Position numbers and translations under genes: made by a program
Shown: piece after piece, positions 11,701 to 25,400 of the stretch
Layout of the letters: the number at the start of each line of letters is the position of its first letter
Position numbering within the stretch: position 1 is the first letter of the stretch
DNA from: Macrostomum lignano
Taxonomy: Eukaryota
DNA length: 64,000 nucleotides
Direction: 5' to 3'
NCBI GenBank assembly: GCA_002269645.1
Contig: NIVC01001601.1
Coordinates: 186,001 to 250,000 of the forward strand
Notes under the pieces: model-generated
Seen by the model: only the letters and a program-made list of their open reading frames with translations
Databases searched by the model: none
What the model was told of the DNA's origin: nothing

Positions 11701-13220
11701 TCAGCTGGTCATCCGCGTCGTCGCCACCGCCGCCGCCGACGCCGCAGCCGCCGCGTTTCTCCAGCCGTCGGCGCCGGGAGTTCTCCTGAATGCGGCGCAC
11801 CATGGGGTCATAGTTGATCTCGCTGGGCCCCGTGGCCGGCCACTGAGCGGCGAAGATCGCCTCAGCCTCGGCTGCGTCGTACGGCTTCAGCTGGGAGGCC
11901 CTGCGGGGTGGCGACAACGGGGCGAAGTTTCAATGAGTGAATTGGTCATGCTGTGAGTTGGTCATGCTGTGAGTTGGTCATGCTGTGAATTGGTCATGCT
12001 GTGAGTTGGTCATGCTGTGAGTTGGTCATGCTGTGAGTTGGTCATGCTGTGAATTGGTCATGCTGTGAGTTGGTCATGCTGTGAGTTTGTCATGCTGTGA
12101 GTTGGTCATGCTATGAATTGGTCATGGTGTGAGTTGGTCATGCTGTGAGTTGGTCATGCTGTGAATTGGTCATGCTGTGAGTTGGTCATGCTGTGAATTG
12201 GTCATGCTGTGAGTTGGTCATGCTGTGAGTTGGTCTTGCCGTGAATTGGTCATGCTGTGAGTTGGTCATGCTGTGAGTTTGTCATGCTGTGAGTTGGTCA
12301 TGCTGTGAATGAATTGGTCATGCTGTGAATTGGTCATGCTATGAGTTGGTCATGCTGTGAGTTTGTCATGCTGTGAGTTGGTCATGCTGTGAATGAATTG
12401 GTCATGATGTGAGTTGGTCATGCTGACTATAATTGGTCGTACTATGAGTTAGTCATGCTGACTATAATTGGGCATACTATGAGTTAGTCATGCAGTGAGT
12501 TGGTCATGCTATGAGTTGGTCATGCTATGAATTGGTCATGCGGTGAGTTAGTCATGCTGTGAGTGGGTCATGCTATGAATTGGGCATGCTGTGAGTTGGT
12601 CATGCTGTGAGTTGGTCATGCTGACTATAATTGGTCATACTATGAGTTAGTCATGCAGTGAGTTGGTCATGCTATGAATTGGTCATGATGTGAGTTCGTC
12701 ATGCTGAGTTGGTCATGGTGTGAGTTGGTCATGGTGTGAGTTGGTCATGCTGAGTTTGGTCATAGTGTGAATTGGCCATGCTGAGTTTGGTCATAGTGTG
12801 CAAAATTGGTCACGCATAACCGATGTCAGCAAGCGCTCACCTGTAACCCTTAGCTTTCCAGCTATCCAACGTGAAGAACAAACTGTAGTGACCTTTGCTG
12901 TCAACGGAAATGACCTTGGCCTGATACCAGAGGGTGTCGCGCCACCTCGCCAGCACCAGATCGCCGGGCTGGAAGGCGGCGGCCTCGGCTGACTCAGCTG
13001 ACTGCTTCGTCGGCTTATTCAGCGGCCTGAGCCGCTCGCTGCTCATCTCGATTTCCTCGTCGAACTTGGCGCTCCACTTGTGGTAGTGCACCAGCACAGA
13101 CTTCGTGTCCTCGTGCACCGCCAGCAGCTTGGCGGCCGTCCAGTTGCCCCACGCGTCCTGGGCTTCCAGAAATTCGCCGACTTGCCACACGAGGCCAGGG
13201 CGCCTGGGAAGGCTGGACAT
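8794..13220 (-). CDS. PHF20: PHF20/PHF20L1-like chromatin reader (tandem Tudor, C2H2 finger, PHD finger); exons 13220-12841, 11900-9965, 9435-8794; ~985 aa
   Basis: Tudor1 WQVGEFLEAQDAWGNW...LVHYHKWSAKFDE; Tudor2 VLARWRDTLWYQAKV; C2H2 CDQCGKSFRKEKLLSDHIRFYH; PHD VVHCQCG...DMIQCEVCRAFQHARC...YVCSFC. Splice phases are compatible (2, 0). Confidence 0.88.
9595..9920. repeat. 26-bp minisatellite CCGATCCTCATCCCCTAAAATCCCAT in PHF20 intron 2
   Basis: Period counted directly. Confidence 0.9.
11935..12810. repeat. 16-bp minisatellite TTGGTCATGCTGTGAG filling PHF20 intron 1
   Basis: About 50 copies occupy most of intron 11901-12840. Confidence 0.95.
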
Positions 13221-13279
13221 GACTGGCTGCGACTGGCGACTGACGGGGCGATTCGCTGAGGGTGAGTTGGCTTCGCATG

Positions 13280-13284
<5 letters not shown>

Positions 13285-13334
<50 letters not shown>

Positions 13335-13390
13335 GACTGTGTGTCTGTCTGTCTGTCTGTCTGTCTGTCTTTCTGTCTGTCTGTCTGTCC

Positions 13391-13451
<61 letters not shown>

Positions 13452-13480
13452 GACTGTGTGTCTGTCTGTCTGTCTGTCTC

Positions 13481-13537
<57 letters not shown>

Positions 13538-13559
13538 GTGTCTGTCTGTCTGTCTGTCA

Positions 13560-13590
<31 letters not shown>

Positions 13591-13730
13591 CTGTCTGTCT
13601 GTCTGTCCTGTCTGTCTGTCCTGTCTGTCTATCTGTCTGTCTGTATTGTCTGTCTGTCCGTCTGTCTGTCTGTCTGTCTGTCCTGTCTGTCTGTCTGTCT
13701 GTCTGTGTGTGCGTCTGTCTGTCTGCCTGA
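13285..13730. repeat. (CTGT)n microsatellite just upstream of the PHF20 start
   Basis: Directly visible. Confidence 0.97.
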
Positions 13731-14369
13731 CTGCTTGCCTGTCTGTCTGCCTCCCTCTCTCCCTGTCTGTGTATTTTATTGTATTAAAATCCACTTCCTG
13801 TTATTGTTAGCGAATATCAATGCTGTCGGCATGTCCCAGATTAAAGCGCCCCAGCTGCAAATTTTCAAACTGCTTCACACGCTCAGGACTGCTTGCTAGA
13901 GTTGTCGTTATCGCAATATACTAATAACAGTACTAGCAATATGGCATTCTAATAATATAAATACGAGAAACTTTACACTGCAAACAGTGCAAGTTCAAGC
14001 AATAAATATAAGATGCAGACAGAAAAAAGCTATAATAGGCTGCACGCCCACACATAGCAACTAAATAGACAAGATGGAGACAGACTGGCTGGAGCGTATT
14101 GTCAACAATTGAAACTATAATCTACAAAGCATGCGCCTTTGCAATGAAAAAGCATAAAATATTTGCGCTGGCTTATTTCTCCTAGTCATAAAAAGGATTC
14201 GAGTGCAAGGGGGCGAGGCAGTCATGCATTCTTGCGTAGCCTGTCGTCCATAGCTTAGCGACTGATCATTAATGAGACCCAGCCAGTGAAATCAACACGA
14301 CTGACTGCTTTGATGCCCTTCTAATGATTCCCTGCGAGGATCGAATGATTCCCCTGACTGACTGACTGG

Positions 14370-16720
14370 ATCCCCTGTGACAATCCAATGATTACCCTGT
14401 GACAATCCAATGATTACCCTGTGACAATCCAATGATTACCCTGTGACAATCCAATGATTCCCCTCTGACAATCCAATGATTACCCTGTGAAATTCCAATG
14501 ATTACTCTGTGACAATCCAATGATTACCCTGTGACAACCCTGTGACAATCCAATGATTACCCTGTGACAACCCTGTGACAATCCAATGATTTTCCTGTGA
14601 CAATCCAATGATTACCCTGTGACAATCCAATGATTTTCCTGTGACAATCCAATGATTACTCTGTGACAATCCAATGATTTTCCTGTGAAATTCCAATGAT
14701 TACCCTGTGACAATCCAATGATTACCCTGAGACAATCCAATGATTACCCTGAGACAATCCAATGATTACCCTGAGACAATCCAATGATTACCCTGTGACA
14801 ATCCAATGATTTTCCTGTGACAATCCAATGATTTTCCTGTGAAATTCCAATGATTCCCCTGTGACAATCCAATGATTCCCCTGTGACAATCCAATGATTA
14901 CCCTGTGACAATCTAATGATTACCCTGTGACAATCCAATGATTACCCTGTGACAATCCAATGATTTCCCTGACAATCCAATGATTACCCTGTGACAATCC
15001 GATGATTCCCCTGTGACAATCCAATGATTCCCCTGTGACAATCCAATGATTACCCTGTGACAATCCAATGATTCCCCTGTGACAATCCAATGATTTCCCT
15101 GTGACAATCCGATGATTCCCCTGTGACAATCCGATGATTACCCTGTGACAATCCAATGATTACTCTGTGACAATACAATGATTACCCTGTGACAATCCAA
15201 TGATTTTCCTGTGACAATCCAATGATTACCCTGTGACAATCCAATGATTTTCCTGTGAAATTCTAATGATTCCCCTGTGACAATCCAATGATTACCCTGT
15301 GACAATCCAATGATTCCCCTGTGACAATCCAATGATTACCCTGTGACAATCCAATGATTACCCTGTGAAATTCCAATGATTCCCCTGTGACAATCCAATG
15401 ATTACCCTGTGACAATCCAATGATTACCCTGTGACAATCCAATGATTACCCTGTGACATTCTATGATTCCCCTGTGACAATCCAATGATTACTCTGTGAC
15501 AATCCAATGATTACCCTGTGACAATCCAATGATTTTCCTGTGACAATCCAATGATTACCCTGTGACAATCCAATGATTTTCCTGTGAAATTCCAATGATT
15601 CCCCTGTGACAATCCAATGATTACCCTGTGAAATTCCAATGATTCCCCTGTGACAATCCAATGATTCCCCTGTGACAATCCAATGATTACCCTGAGACAA
15701 TCCAATGATTACCCTGTGACAATCCAATGATTTTCCTGTGACAATCCAATGATTACCCTGTGACAATCCAATGATTTTCCTGTGAAATTCCAATGATTAC
15801 CCTGTGAAATTCCAATGATTACCCTGTGACAATCCAATGATTTTCCTGTGAAATTCCAATGATTACCCTGTGACAATCCAATGATTACCCTGTGACAATC
15901 CAATGATTCCCCTGTGACAATCCGATGATTCCCCTGTGACAATCCGATGATTTTCCTGTGAAATTCCAATGATTCCCCTGTGACAATCCAATGATTACCC
16001 TGTGACAATCCAATGATTACCCTGTGACATTCTATGATTCCCCTGTGACAATCCAATGATTACTCTGTGACAATCCAATGATTACCCTGTGACAATCCAA
16101 TGATTTTCCTGTGACAATCCAATGATTACCCTGTGACAATCCAATGATTTTTCTGTGAAATTCCAATGATTCCCCTGTGACAATCCAATGATTCCCCTGT
16201 GACAATCCAATGATTACCCTGTGAAATTCCAATGATTCCCCTGTGACAATCCAATGATTCCCCTGTGACAATCCAATGATTACCCTGAGACAATCCAATG
16301 ATTACCCTGTGACAATCCAATGATTTTCCTGTGACAATCCAATGATTACCCTGTGACAATCCAATGATTTTCCTGTGAAATTCCAATGATTACCCTGTGA
16401 CAATCTAATGATTACCCTGTGACAATCCAATGATTACCCTGTGACAATCTAATGATTACCCTGTGACAATCCAATGATTTTCCTGTGAAATTCCAATGAT
16501 TACCCTGTGACAATCCAATGATTCCCCTGTGACAATCCAATGATTTCCCTGACAATCCGATGATTCCCCTGTGACAATCCGATGATTTTCCTGTGAAATT
16601 CCAATGATTATCCTCGTCACAATCCAATAATTTCCCTGTGACAATCCAATAATTCCCCTGTTACAATCCAATCATTTCTATTGACAACCCAATGATTCCC
16701 CTTGACTATCCAATGATTCC
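14370..16720. repeat. 22-bp minisatellite CCCTGTGACAATCCAATGATTA, ~105 copies
   Basis: Period counted directly. It explains the many SQGNHWIVTG pseudo-ORFs. Confidence 0.97.
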
Positions 16721-17434
16721 TTTTAAAAATACAATGCTATACCTTTTCAACAAACTGTCCTAACACACCAGTGACTCTTTAGACTCCAGTACGATGGCAC
16801 CCAATAGTCCCCAGACATTCAAACGACATATGCCACACCTCCGGTGCCCAAACAGCAACAACTGCAATCGAAACCCTACAATCTTCTGGAAGAATTCCCA
16901 CGCACGAAGAACAGTCTGCTACAGATTCAGAAAAGATATTCCAGCCGGGGCAGACACAAATAGCATCAGACAAGAACTGGGTCGAAATATTCGAAACGAT
17001 ACAAAATTGCCAGCCGAAATGCCACAAGGTGGGCGGGTAGTCCCAGTGTGGGAATCAGACGTCCCACTGTATCCAGCCTGCTCAAATTTCGGGTTCAGTT
17101 CAAAGACACCGATGTGGAGAGGGCCAGAGTATTACAATTTTGAGCACAGAACACACACCATATCCTCAATCGCACGTGCATTGCCCAGATAAAAGATCTG
17201 GGATCAGTCGTATACCCAGCATCACATGGGTCGCCATCGCCACCCCTTCTCTCTCATCTCTGCTGCTTGCCTGCCTGCTACTGTTTTGCCCACACATCTG
17301 TTAGCACAGCTGGATTTTCAGGGACAGAGCACACGGGCCAACACAGACGCTGCTGTTGTTGACTTGTACTTTTATGAGTAGGACTCAATGTTGAGACTGA
17401 GAGGAAGAGCAAACTCATGCCCGAGATTAATACA

Positions 17435-17794
17435 GTCAGTCAGTGAGTCAGTCAGTCAGTCAGTCAGTCAGTCAGTGAGTCAGTCAGTGAGTCAGTCAGT
17501 GAGTCAGTCAGTCAGTCAGTGAGTCAGTCAGTCAGTGAGTCAGTCAGTCAGTGAGTCAGTCAGTGATTCAGTCAGTCAGTCAGTCAGTCAGTGAGTCAGT
17601 CAGTGAGTCAGTCAGTCAGTGAGTGAGTCAGTCAGTGAGTCAGTCAGTGAGTCAGTCAGTCAGTGAGTCAGTCAGTCAGTGAGTCAGTGAGTCAGTCAGT
17701 CAGTGAGTCAGTGAGTGAGTGAGTCAGTGAGTCAGTCAGTCAGTGAGTCAGTCAGTGAGTCAGTCAGTCAGTCAGTCAGTCAGTCAGTCAGTCA
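17435..17794. repeat. (CAGT)n/(GAGT)n microsatellite
   Basis: Directly visible. Confidence 0.97.
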
Positions 17795-18419
17795 GCAAAG
17801 GAATTCAAAGCCATCTAAGAGGGTAAAAAGAATAAAAAACGGCAGTGAGACACGAGACAAAGGCTGAAATAAATAATTAACTGAGAACTACCACACGGAG
17901 ACCTACCAGACCAGGTCACGCAAGAAAGCTTACTAATTAAAACAAAAAAGAAAACAACAAAAAACAGCCGAAATTCCTAGCGAAACCAAGCGGGAAGAGC
18001 TCAGGGGCTGGAGAAGTGATTCGATATATTTGTCAATTCACACTAATACGCAATACGCGCACATATTTACTCATCATAACAGATCTAACAATTGTCAGAG
18101 GCCTCACTGTGCAGGCGCGATGAAATCAAAATAAACTGACTAGATATTAACAAAGGAAAAAGCCAGGTAAAAACGGAGGGATTCGGGCATTGAAGCAATT
18201 GAGGTGCAGAAAGAAATAACGAAGCGAATGGGAGAAAATGAGCTGTGTGCTAGTCCAATATTTCTGTAGACCGATATAGTGCTGATTACTCACAAATGTT
18301 TACAACAGACAGACCTGCAACAACCGTGACTAGCTGTGCAAACTGGACAAGCAATAATTCAATATGACGCATTTCTGCTGTCAGGGTGCCGCAGGCAGCA
18401 AGCAAACAGGTTAGCAGCC

Positions 18420-19005
18420 TCACCTTTGTCTCTGTGCCCCACTTAACTGTCTCTCTTATCTGTGCCCCACTCAACTTTATCTCTCTTGTCTGTGCCCCAC
18501 TCACCTGCAAATATCTCTTATTTGTGCCCCACTCACCTGTAAATCTGGCTTATCTGTGCCCCACTCACCTGTAAATCTCTCTTATCTGTGCCCCATTCAC
18601 CTGTAAATCTCTCTTATCTGTGCCCCACTCACCTGAAAATCTCTCTTATCTGTGCCCCACTCACCTGTAAATCTCTCTTATCTGTGCCCCACTCACCTGC
18701 AAATCTCTCTTATCTGTGCCCCACTCACCTGCAAATCTCTCTTATCTGTGCCCCACTCACCTGCAAATCTCTCTTATTTGTGCCCCACTCACCTGCAAAT
18801 ATCTCTTATTTGTGCCCCACTCACCTGTAAATCTGGCTTATCTGTGCCCCACTCACCTGTATCTCTCTTGTCTGTGCCCCACTCACCTGTATCTCTCTTA
18901 TCTGTGCCCCACTCACCTGTATCTCTCTTATCTGTGCCCCACTCACCTGTAAATCTCGCTTATCTGTGCCCAACTCACCTGTAAATCTCGCTTATCTGTG
19001 CCCCA
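18420..19005 (-). repeat. 32-bp minisatellite whose minus-strand unit is GTGAGTGGGGCACAGATAAGAGAGATTTGCAG
   Basis: 16 copies of CAG|GTGA(G/A)T counted between ~18500 and ~18980, plus decayed copies at 18420-18480. Confidence 0.95.
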
Positions 19006-19427
19006 TTTATGTTTTTATATATCTTATTAACAAATAATCTTTAAGGTTGTAGTCAGTACAGGTTAATAGCTACAAATTAATAATGTGTGGACATGAAAAG
19101 AATCAACAATGAACAATATCCGAGCAAAACGTTACAATGACATTTTCGTATGCATACAAATATCATAAAGAGCATGAACAAGCGAGCAGCAAGCAAATGA
19201 AATAGTAGAAGGTATAATTTTGGAATAAATAACCTGGGAAGAAGTATCATTAACATCAAGATAAATAAGCAGGATAATATTCAAATCAAAATTCTACACA
19301 CAGTTGAAAATAGAAATTTACAAATCAACTCTTGCCAAGCCATTCAACGAATGCAATGAAACGCACAAGGTTTGAGGTGTGACACTCGCCACAGGTATGG
19401 CGCGGCATGAGGCAAACAAATTGAAAA

Positions 19428-22400
19428 TCAGTCGGTGGCACCGCCGAGGTCCATCATGAAGTAGTCCTCAGATCCACCAACGAGAGACGCTGCGCTGTCA
19501 ACTGTCGGGGGTTCCACAGAAGTGCCGGGACCCAGCAGGCTGTCCAACCGTCCAGGCGGTGTCCAGTAGGGATCGAAGTCGTCATCACCGTTCAGGCCCT
19601 TGTGCTCGTCCAGCTCCCGCTGCTGCTGATAGCTGTTCTGACGAAGGCAACTCCGTGTGGGCCGGAGCAGCATCGTGACGTAGCTGCCCTCATCGTCGGC
19701 TGATAGACGAGACGGCTGCTGCGACACCGCGGCAGGGACGGCCAGCTCGCCAGACGACGAGGCCGTGGACTCGGACAGCGGCCGCATGCAGCTGGACAGC
19801 GCCAGAGAAGGCGCCGGGGAGGCGCCCGACGAACTAGCGATGTCGCACACGCCGAGGACTTCTCCGTCGGCTGGTTGAGCGGCTGGCCGACCGAACTTGT
19901 TGCCGTAGGAAATCGCCCGGGGACGGAAACCGCGGAGCAGGCCGCCGCCGCTGCTGCTAGCAGAGGGTGGCGCAGGAGTGAGCAGGTTCTGCTTGAGACT
20001 GACAAGGGGCCTATGGGGCCTGACCTAAAAACTTTGATGAATGATTTCTGACCTAAAAACCTTGATTGATGATCTTGACCTAAAAACTTTTTGATGAATG
20101 ATTTCTGACCTAAAAACTTTTTGATGAATGATTTCTGACCTAAAAACTTTTTGATGAATGATTTCTGACCTAAAAACTTTTTGATGAATGATTTCTGACC
20201 TAAAAACTTTTTGATGCATGATTTCTGACCTAAAAACTTTTTGATGAATGATTCCTGACCTAAAAAACCTTGATTGGTGATCTTGACCTAAAAACTTTTT
20301 GATGAATGATTTCTGACCTAAAAACTTTAATGAATGATTCCTGACCTAAAAACTTTTTGATGAATGATTCCTGACCTAAAAACTTTGATGAATGATTCCT
20401 GACCTAAAAACTTTGATGAATGATTCCTGACCTAAAAACTTTGATGAATGATTCCTGACCTAAAAACTTTGATGAATGATTCCTGACCTAAAAACTTTGA
20501 TGAATGATTCCTGACCTAAAAACTTTGATGAATGATTTCTGACCTAAAACCTTTAATGAATGATTCCTGACCTAAAAACTTTGATGAATGATTCCTGACC
20601 TAAAAACTTTGATGAATGATTCCTGACCTAAAAACTTTGATGAATGATTCCTGACCTAAAAACCTTGATTGGTGATCTTGACCTAAAAACTTTAATGAAT
20701 GATTCCTGACCTAAAAACTTTGATGAATGATTCCTGACCTAAAAAACTTGATCGATGATCCAGACCTAAAAACCTTGATTGATGATCTTGACCTAAAAAC
20801 CTTGATTGATGATCCTGACCTAAAAGTATCAATGTTTAGACCTCAAAGCCTTGAATTTAGTTAGATACGATAGTTAATAATTCTGTCATTCTGACCTAAA
20901 AAAACCTAGAGGACTTTATTCCTATATGGATTTCTGACTTGAACATGGATTTTTAAAGCTAATAACTATACATGTAGTATTATACTCGTAAAACAGAACC
21001 ATAAAAGGGCTGCTCATGGCCTGAGTGGAAATACATGCAACCTTGATACGACTTCCCCGGAGAATACCTGGTGCCGCAGTTAGCGCAAGAAGCGTGAAGC
21101 GAAGCCGCATCACTAGTCGTTCTCGGCCTTGAGAAACCCTGCTGCTCAGCGAATACCTGATGGCTGGATGAGTTGCGATGATGGTGCTGGTGCTGATGCT
21201 GGAATCGACTCCTAGATTGCATGTGCGGCGATCTCTGTTGCTGCTGCTGCTGCTGCGAATGATGGGGATGGTGCACGACGGGGTACTGGGACAATAGTCC
21301 GCCCCGACTCTGTGGCTGGCATCCGATGCTGTTGGCACGACTGATGGGCGAGCCTGCGGGAGCGTTGAAGAGGCTCTTGGTCTATGGGGGTGGCTGGAGT
21401 TGGTTTATGGGGGTGGCTAGAGTTGGTTTATGGGGGTGGCTGGAGTTGGTTTATGGGGATGGTAAAGTTGGTTTATGGGGGTGGCTAGAGTTGGTTTATG
21501 GGGGTGGCTGGAGTTGGTTTATGGGGGTGGCTAGAGTTGGTTTATGGGGGTGGCTGGAGTTGGTTTATGGGGATGGTAAAGTTGGTTTATGGGGATGGTA
21601 AAGTTGGTTTATGGGGGTGGCTGGAGTTGGTTTATGGGGGTGGCTGGAGTTGGTTTATGGGGGTGGCTGGAGTTGGTTTATGGGGGTGGCTGGAGTTGGT
21701 TTATGGGGGTGGCTGGAGTTGGTTTATGGGGGTGGCTGGAGTTGGTTTATGGGGGTGGCTGGAGTTGGTTTATGGGGGTGGCTGGAGTTGGTTTATGGGG
21801 GTGGCTGGAGTTGGTTTATGGGGGTGGCTGGAGTTGGTTTATGGGGGTGGTAAAGTTGGTTTATGGGGATGGTAAAGTTGGTTTATGGGGATGGCTGGAG
21901 TTGGTTTATGGGGATGGCTGGAGTTGGTTTATGGGGATGGTTGGAGTTGGTTTATGGGAATGGTTGGAGTTGGTTTATGGGAATGGTTAAGTTGGTTTAT
22001 GGGGGTGGTAAAGTTGGTTTATGGGGGTGGTAAAGTTGGTTTATGGGGATGGCTGGAGTTGGTTTATGGGGGTGGTAAAGTTGGTTTATGGGGATGGCTG
22101 GAGTTGGTTTATGGGGATGGTTGGAGTTGGTTTATGGGAATGGTTGGAGTTGGTTTATGGGGATGGTTGGAGTTGGTTTATGGGAATGGTTGGAGTTGGT
22201 TTATGGGAATGGTTGGAGTTGGTTTATGGGGATGGTTGGAGTTGGTTTATGGGAATGGTTGGAGTTGGTTTATGGGAATGGTTGGAGTTGGTTTATGGGG
22301 GTGGTAAAGTTGGTTTATGGGGATGGTAAAGTTGGTTTATGGGGATGGCTGGAGTTGGTTTATAGGGATGGCTGGAGTTGGTTTATGGGAATGGTTGGAG

Positions 22401-25400
22401 TTGGTTTATGGGAATGGTTGGAGTTGGTTTATGGGAATGGTTGGAGTTGGTTTATGGGGATGGTTGGAGTTGGTTTATGGGAATGGTTGGAGTTGGTTTA
22501 TGGGAATGGTTGGAGTTGGTTTATGGGAATGGTTGGAGTTGGTTTATGGGAATGGTTGGAGTTGGTTTATGGGGATGGTTGGAGTTGGTTTATGGGAATG
22601 GTTGGAGTTGGTTTATGGGAATGGTTGGAGTTGGTTTATGGGAATGGTTGGAGTTGGTTTATGGGAATGGTTGGAGTTGGTTTATGGGAATGGTTGGAGT
22701 TGGTTTATGGGGATGGTTGGAGTTGGTTTATGGGAATGGTTGGAGTTGGTTTATGGGAATGGTTGGAGTTGGTTTATGGGGGTGGTAAAGTTGGTTTATG
22801 GGGATGGTAAAGTTGGTTTATGGGGATGGCTGGAGTTGGTTTATGGGGATGGCTGGAGTTGGTTTATGAGAATGGTTGGAGTTGGTTTATGGGAATGGTT
22901 GGAGTTGGTTTATGGGAATGGCTGGAGTTGGTTTATGGGCGCGATTCTAAATCAGATTCTAGAAAACACACGAGTCGCTGCTCACCTTGATGGTGCTGAT
23001 GATGCTGCAGCTGCTCGTCAGCCGGACCGAAACCGCGGTGACCGGTTGACACGGCTGAAAATGAGGTCAAAAGGTTAAATCTAGCGGGTTTACGCTAATG
23101 CAGCAAGGTTGCTGGGACTGGATTACACGGAGCATAGGGGATTTACAGTTTGAATCTTTAAGCAAATATCTTTTCCGATTCGTTGCCAAAGGTCAGAGGT
23201 CACACGAGGACAAGACTGCTCATTTAACATCGATGTTTAACGAATAGTTAAGGTATTTACAAATGCATAATAGCTGTCAAAGTACAATACAGAGAGGGTT
23301 CAGAAATATTATATTGGATACAGAGTCAAGCAAAGGCTTACGGTGAACCCGCACAACAGGTAGGAGCTGGTTGTGCCGAGCCGCTGCTTGCACTGCAAAT
23401 GCAGATAAAAAGGCAAGCCCCCACCCAAGTTAGAAGACACGACTAATTAGGTCAGGCAAGGGAGCGCAGGACAGTGAGAAAAGCACTTGGGGGAAAATAG
23501 AAAATAGATAAGCGGCATCTGCAGTGTAATGCCTGATAAAGGCATTAGACCGACCCTGTTCCGTTAAACTCGAAGTCATGACGATAAAAAATAAAAACAA
23601 TTTCAATTAAAGAGCACATTGACAGTTAAACGCAGCCGATATGTATCGTAAACTACTTTATAAGGCGGATAATTAATATAGAAAATAGTAAAGGGCAATA
23701 AGGGCGGAAAAAAATTGGAAAGGTCGCCTGTTCACACGCTGGCATTTGTGCTTATGCCAATTATTATATTATATCTGCGTTAGTACTATATTTAGCTAAG
23801 CGTATATAATAATGTAAATCTGTTAGTTGCCGGGGCAAGGCTGAAAGTTGGACTAAAGAATAAAGTGCAGAAAAACACGCGGTCGCGCGCGCGCTGAGAC
23901 GAAATGCCAGCCAAAACATGGGGCTTCTGCCCCACACAGAGATTGGGGAGAGGAGAGGGTAGAGAGAGAGAGAGAAAGAGAGAGAAAGAGAGAGATAGAA
24001 AACACACAGACGCGCCTCTTACGTTGAGCGCGCAAAAACATTAGTATATAGGACTTAGTATAAATACACTGTATAATGTAAAGTTTATAATAAACAGCTG
24101 TACAAGCTTATAATAAGTAATCTTTGCGCTAAACAAAGCATTTAAGCATTCTCGTAGCCGCCGGGTTTTGAAGGCTAATCTCTATGGTTTTTCGAAGTCT
24201 ATTCTCATATAGTTAAAGGCCGATTCTGATAATGTTTTGAAGGCCGATTCTCATATGGATTTAGAAGCCGACTCTGATAATGTTTGAAAGGCCGATTCTG
24301 ATAATGTTTTGAAGGCCGATTTCACAGGGATTTGAAGGCCGATTCTCATAAGTGATTTAAAGGCCAAATTTTTGTAGGGTTTTGAAATTCCTAGCAGAAA
24401 GATGTACAGCTCCAGCTTCGAAAATTTTTCCTTACCACTCGGCCCTCTCTCTGAATCCCCACCGCCGCCACCGCCCGTCACTTCGCTGGTAGTCGACAAG
24501 GACATCGACGAATTCGGCGATCGACTGCGAAAAGCGACGCCGCCAGTGCCGCCAACATCGTTGCTACCCGTAGACATCTCCATCAGACAGTAATCTTCCT
24601 GTTGCTGCTGCTGTTGCTGGGCAGACGAACACTGCGATTGACAGTCTGGCGGCGGCAGGCTGAGGCCGCGACTTCCGCTGCAGCTTCCGTCGGAGCCCAG
24701 GCCGCTGCTGGACTGGCTCGGCTTCATCTGAGCAGCACTCGAACTGCGTAGAAGGGCGGGTTTACAGGGGGGCGTTTTTGAAAGGTTTCAGATTCAGAGG
24801 GCGATTTTTCGTATGGTTCTAAGCAATACCCAATAGGGTTCACAGGGCTATTCACAATAGGGATCACAGGGCCATTCACAAGAGATTTCACAGTACCAGT
24901 CACAATATGGTTCACAGGGCCATTCACAAGAGATTTCACAGTACCAGTCACAATATGGTTCACAGGGCTATTCAAAATATGGTTCGCATGGCTATTCACA
25001 TTAGGGTTCATAGGGCCATTACCAGTAGGGTTCACAGGGCCATTCCCAATAGGGTTCACATGGCAATTCCCAATAGGTTCACAGGGCAATTCCCAATAGG
25101 TTCACAGGGCTATTCACAATAGGGTTCACAGGGCAATTCCCAATAGGTTCACAGGGCTATTCACAATAGGGTTCACAGGGCTATTCACAATAGAATTCAG
25201 TGCCATTCCCAATAGGGTTCACAGGGCAATTCCCAATAGGTTCACAGGGCTATTCACAATAGGGTTCACAGGGCTATTCACAATAGAATTCAGTGCCATT
25301 CCCAATAGGGTTCACAGGGCTATTCCCAATAAGGTTCACAGGGCCATTCACAATTGGGTCCACTGGGCTATTCACAATAGGGTTCACAGTGCCATTCACA

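Noticed and set aside
9075-11789. Numerous overlapping ORFs on both strands over PHF20
   Set aside because: Shadow ORFs of a GC-rich, low-complexity exon.
14502-16671. Many SQGNHWIVTG ORFs
   Set aside because: Artefact of the 22-bp array.
16794-17192. 132-aa plus-strand ORF between arrays
   Set aside because: No recognisable motif in any frame and no convincing exon partners. It may be a degraded element, but I cannot support a call.
21326-23078. Long Trp/Gly-rich ORFs (up to 253 aa) that look like membrane proteins
   Set aside because: They are translations of a stop-free 23-bp minisatellite on the antisense strand of an IRS intron.
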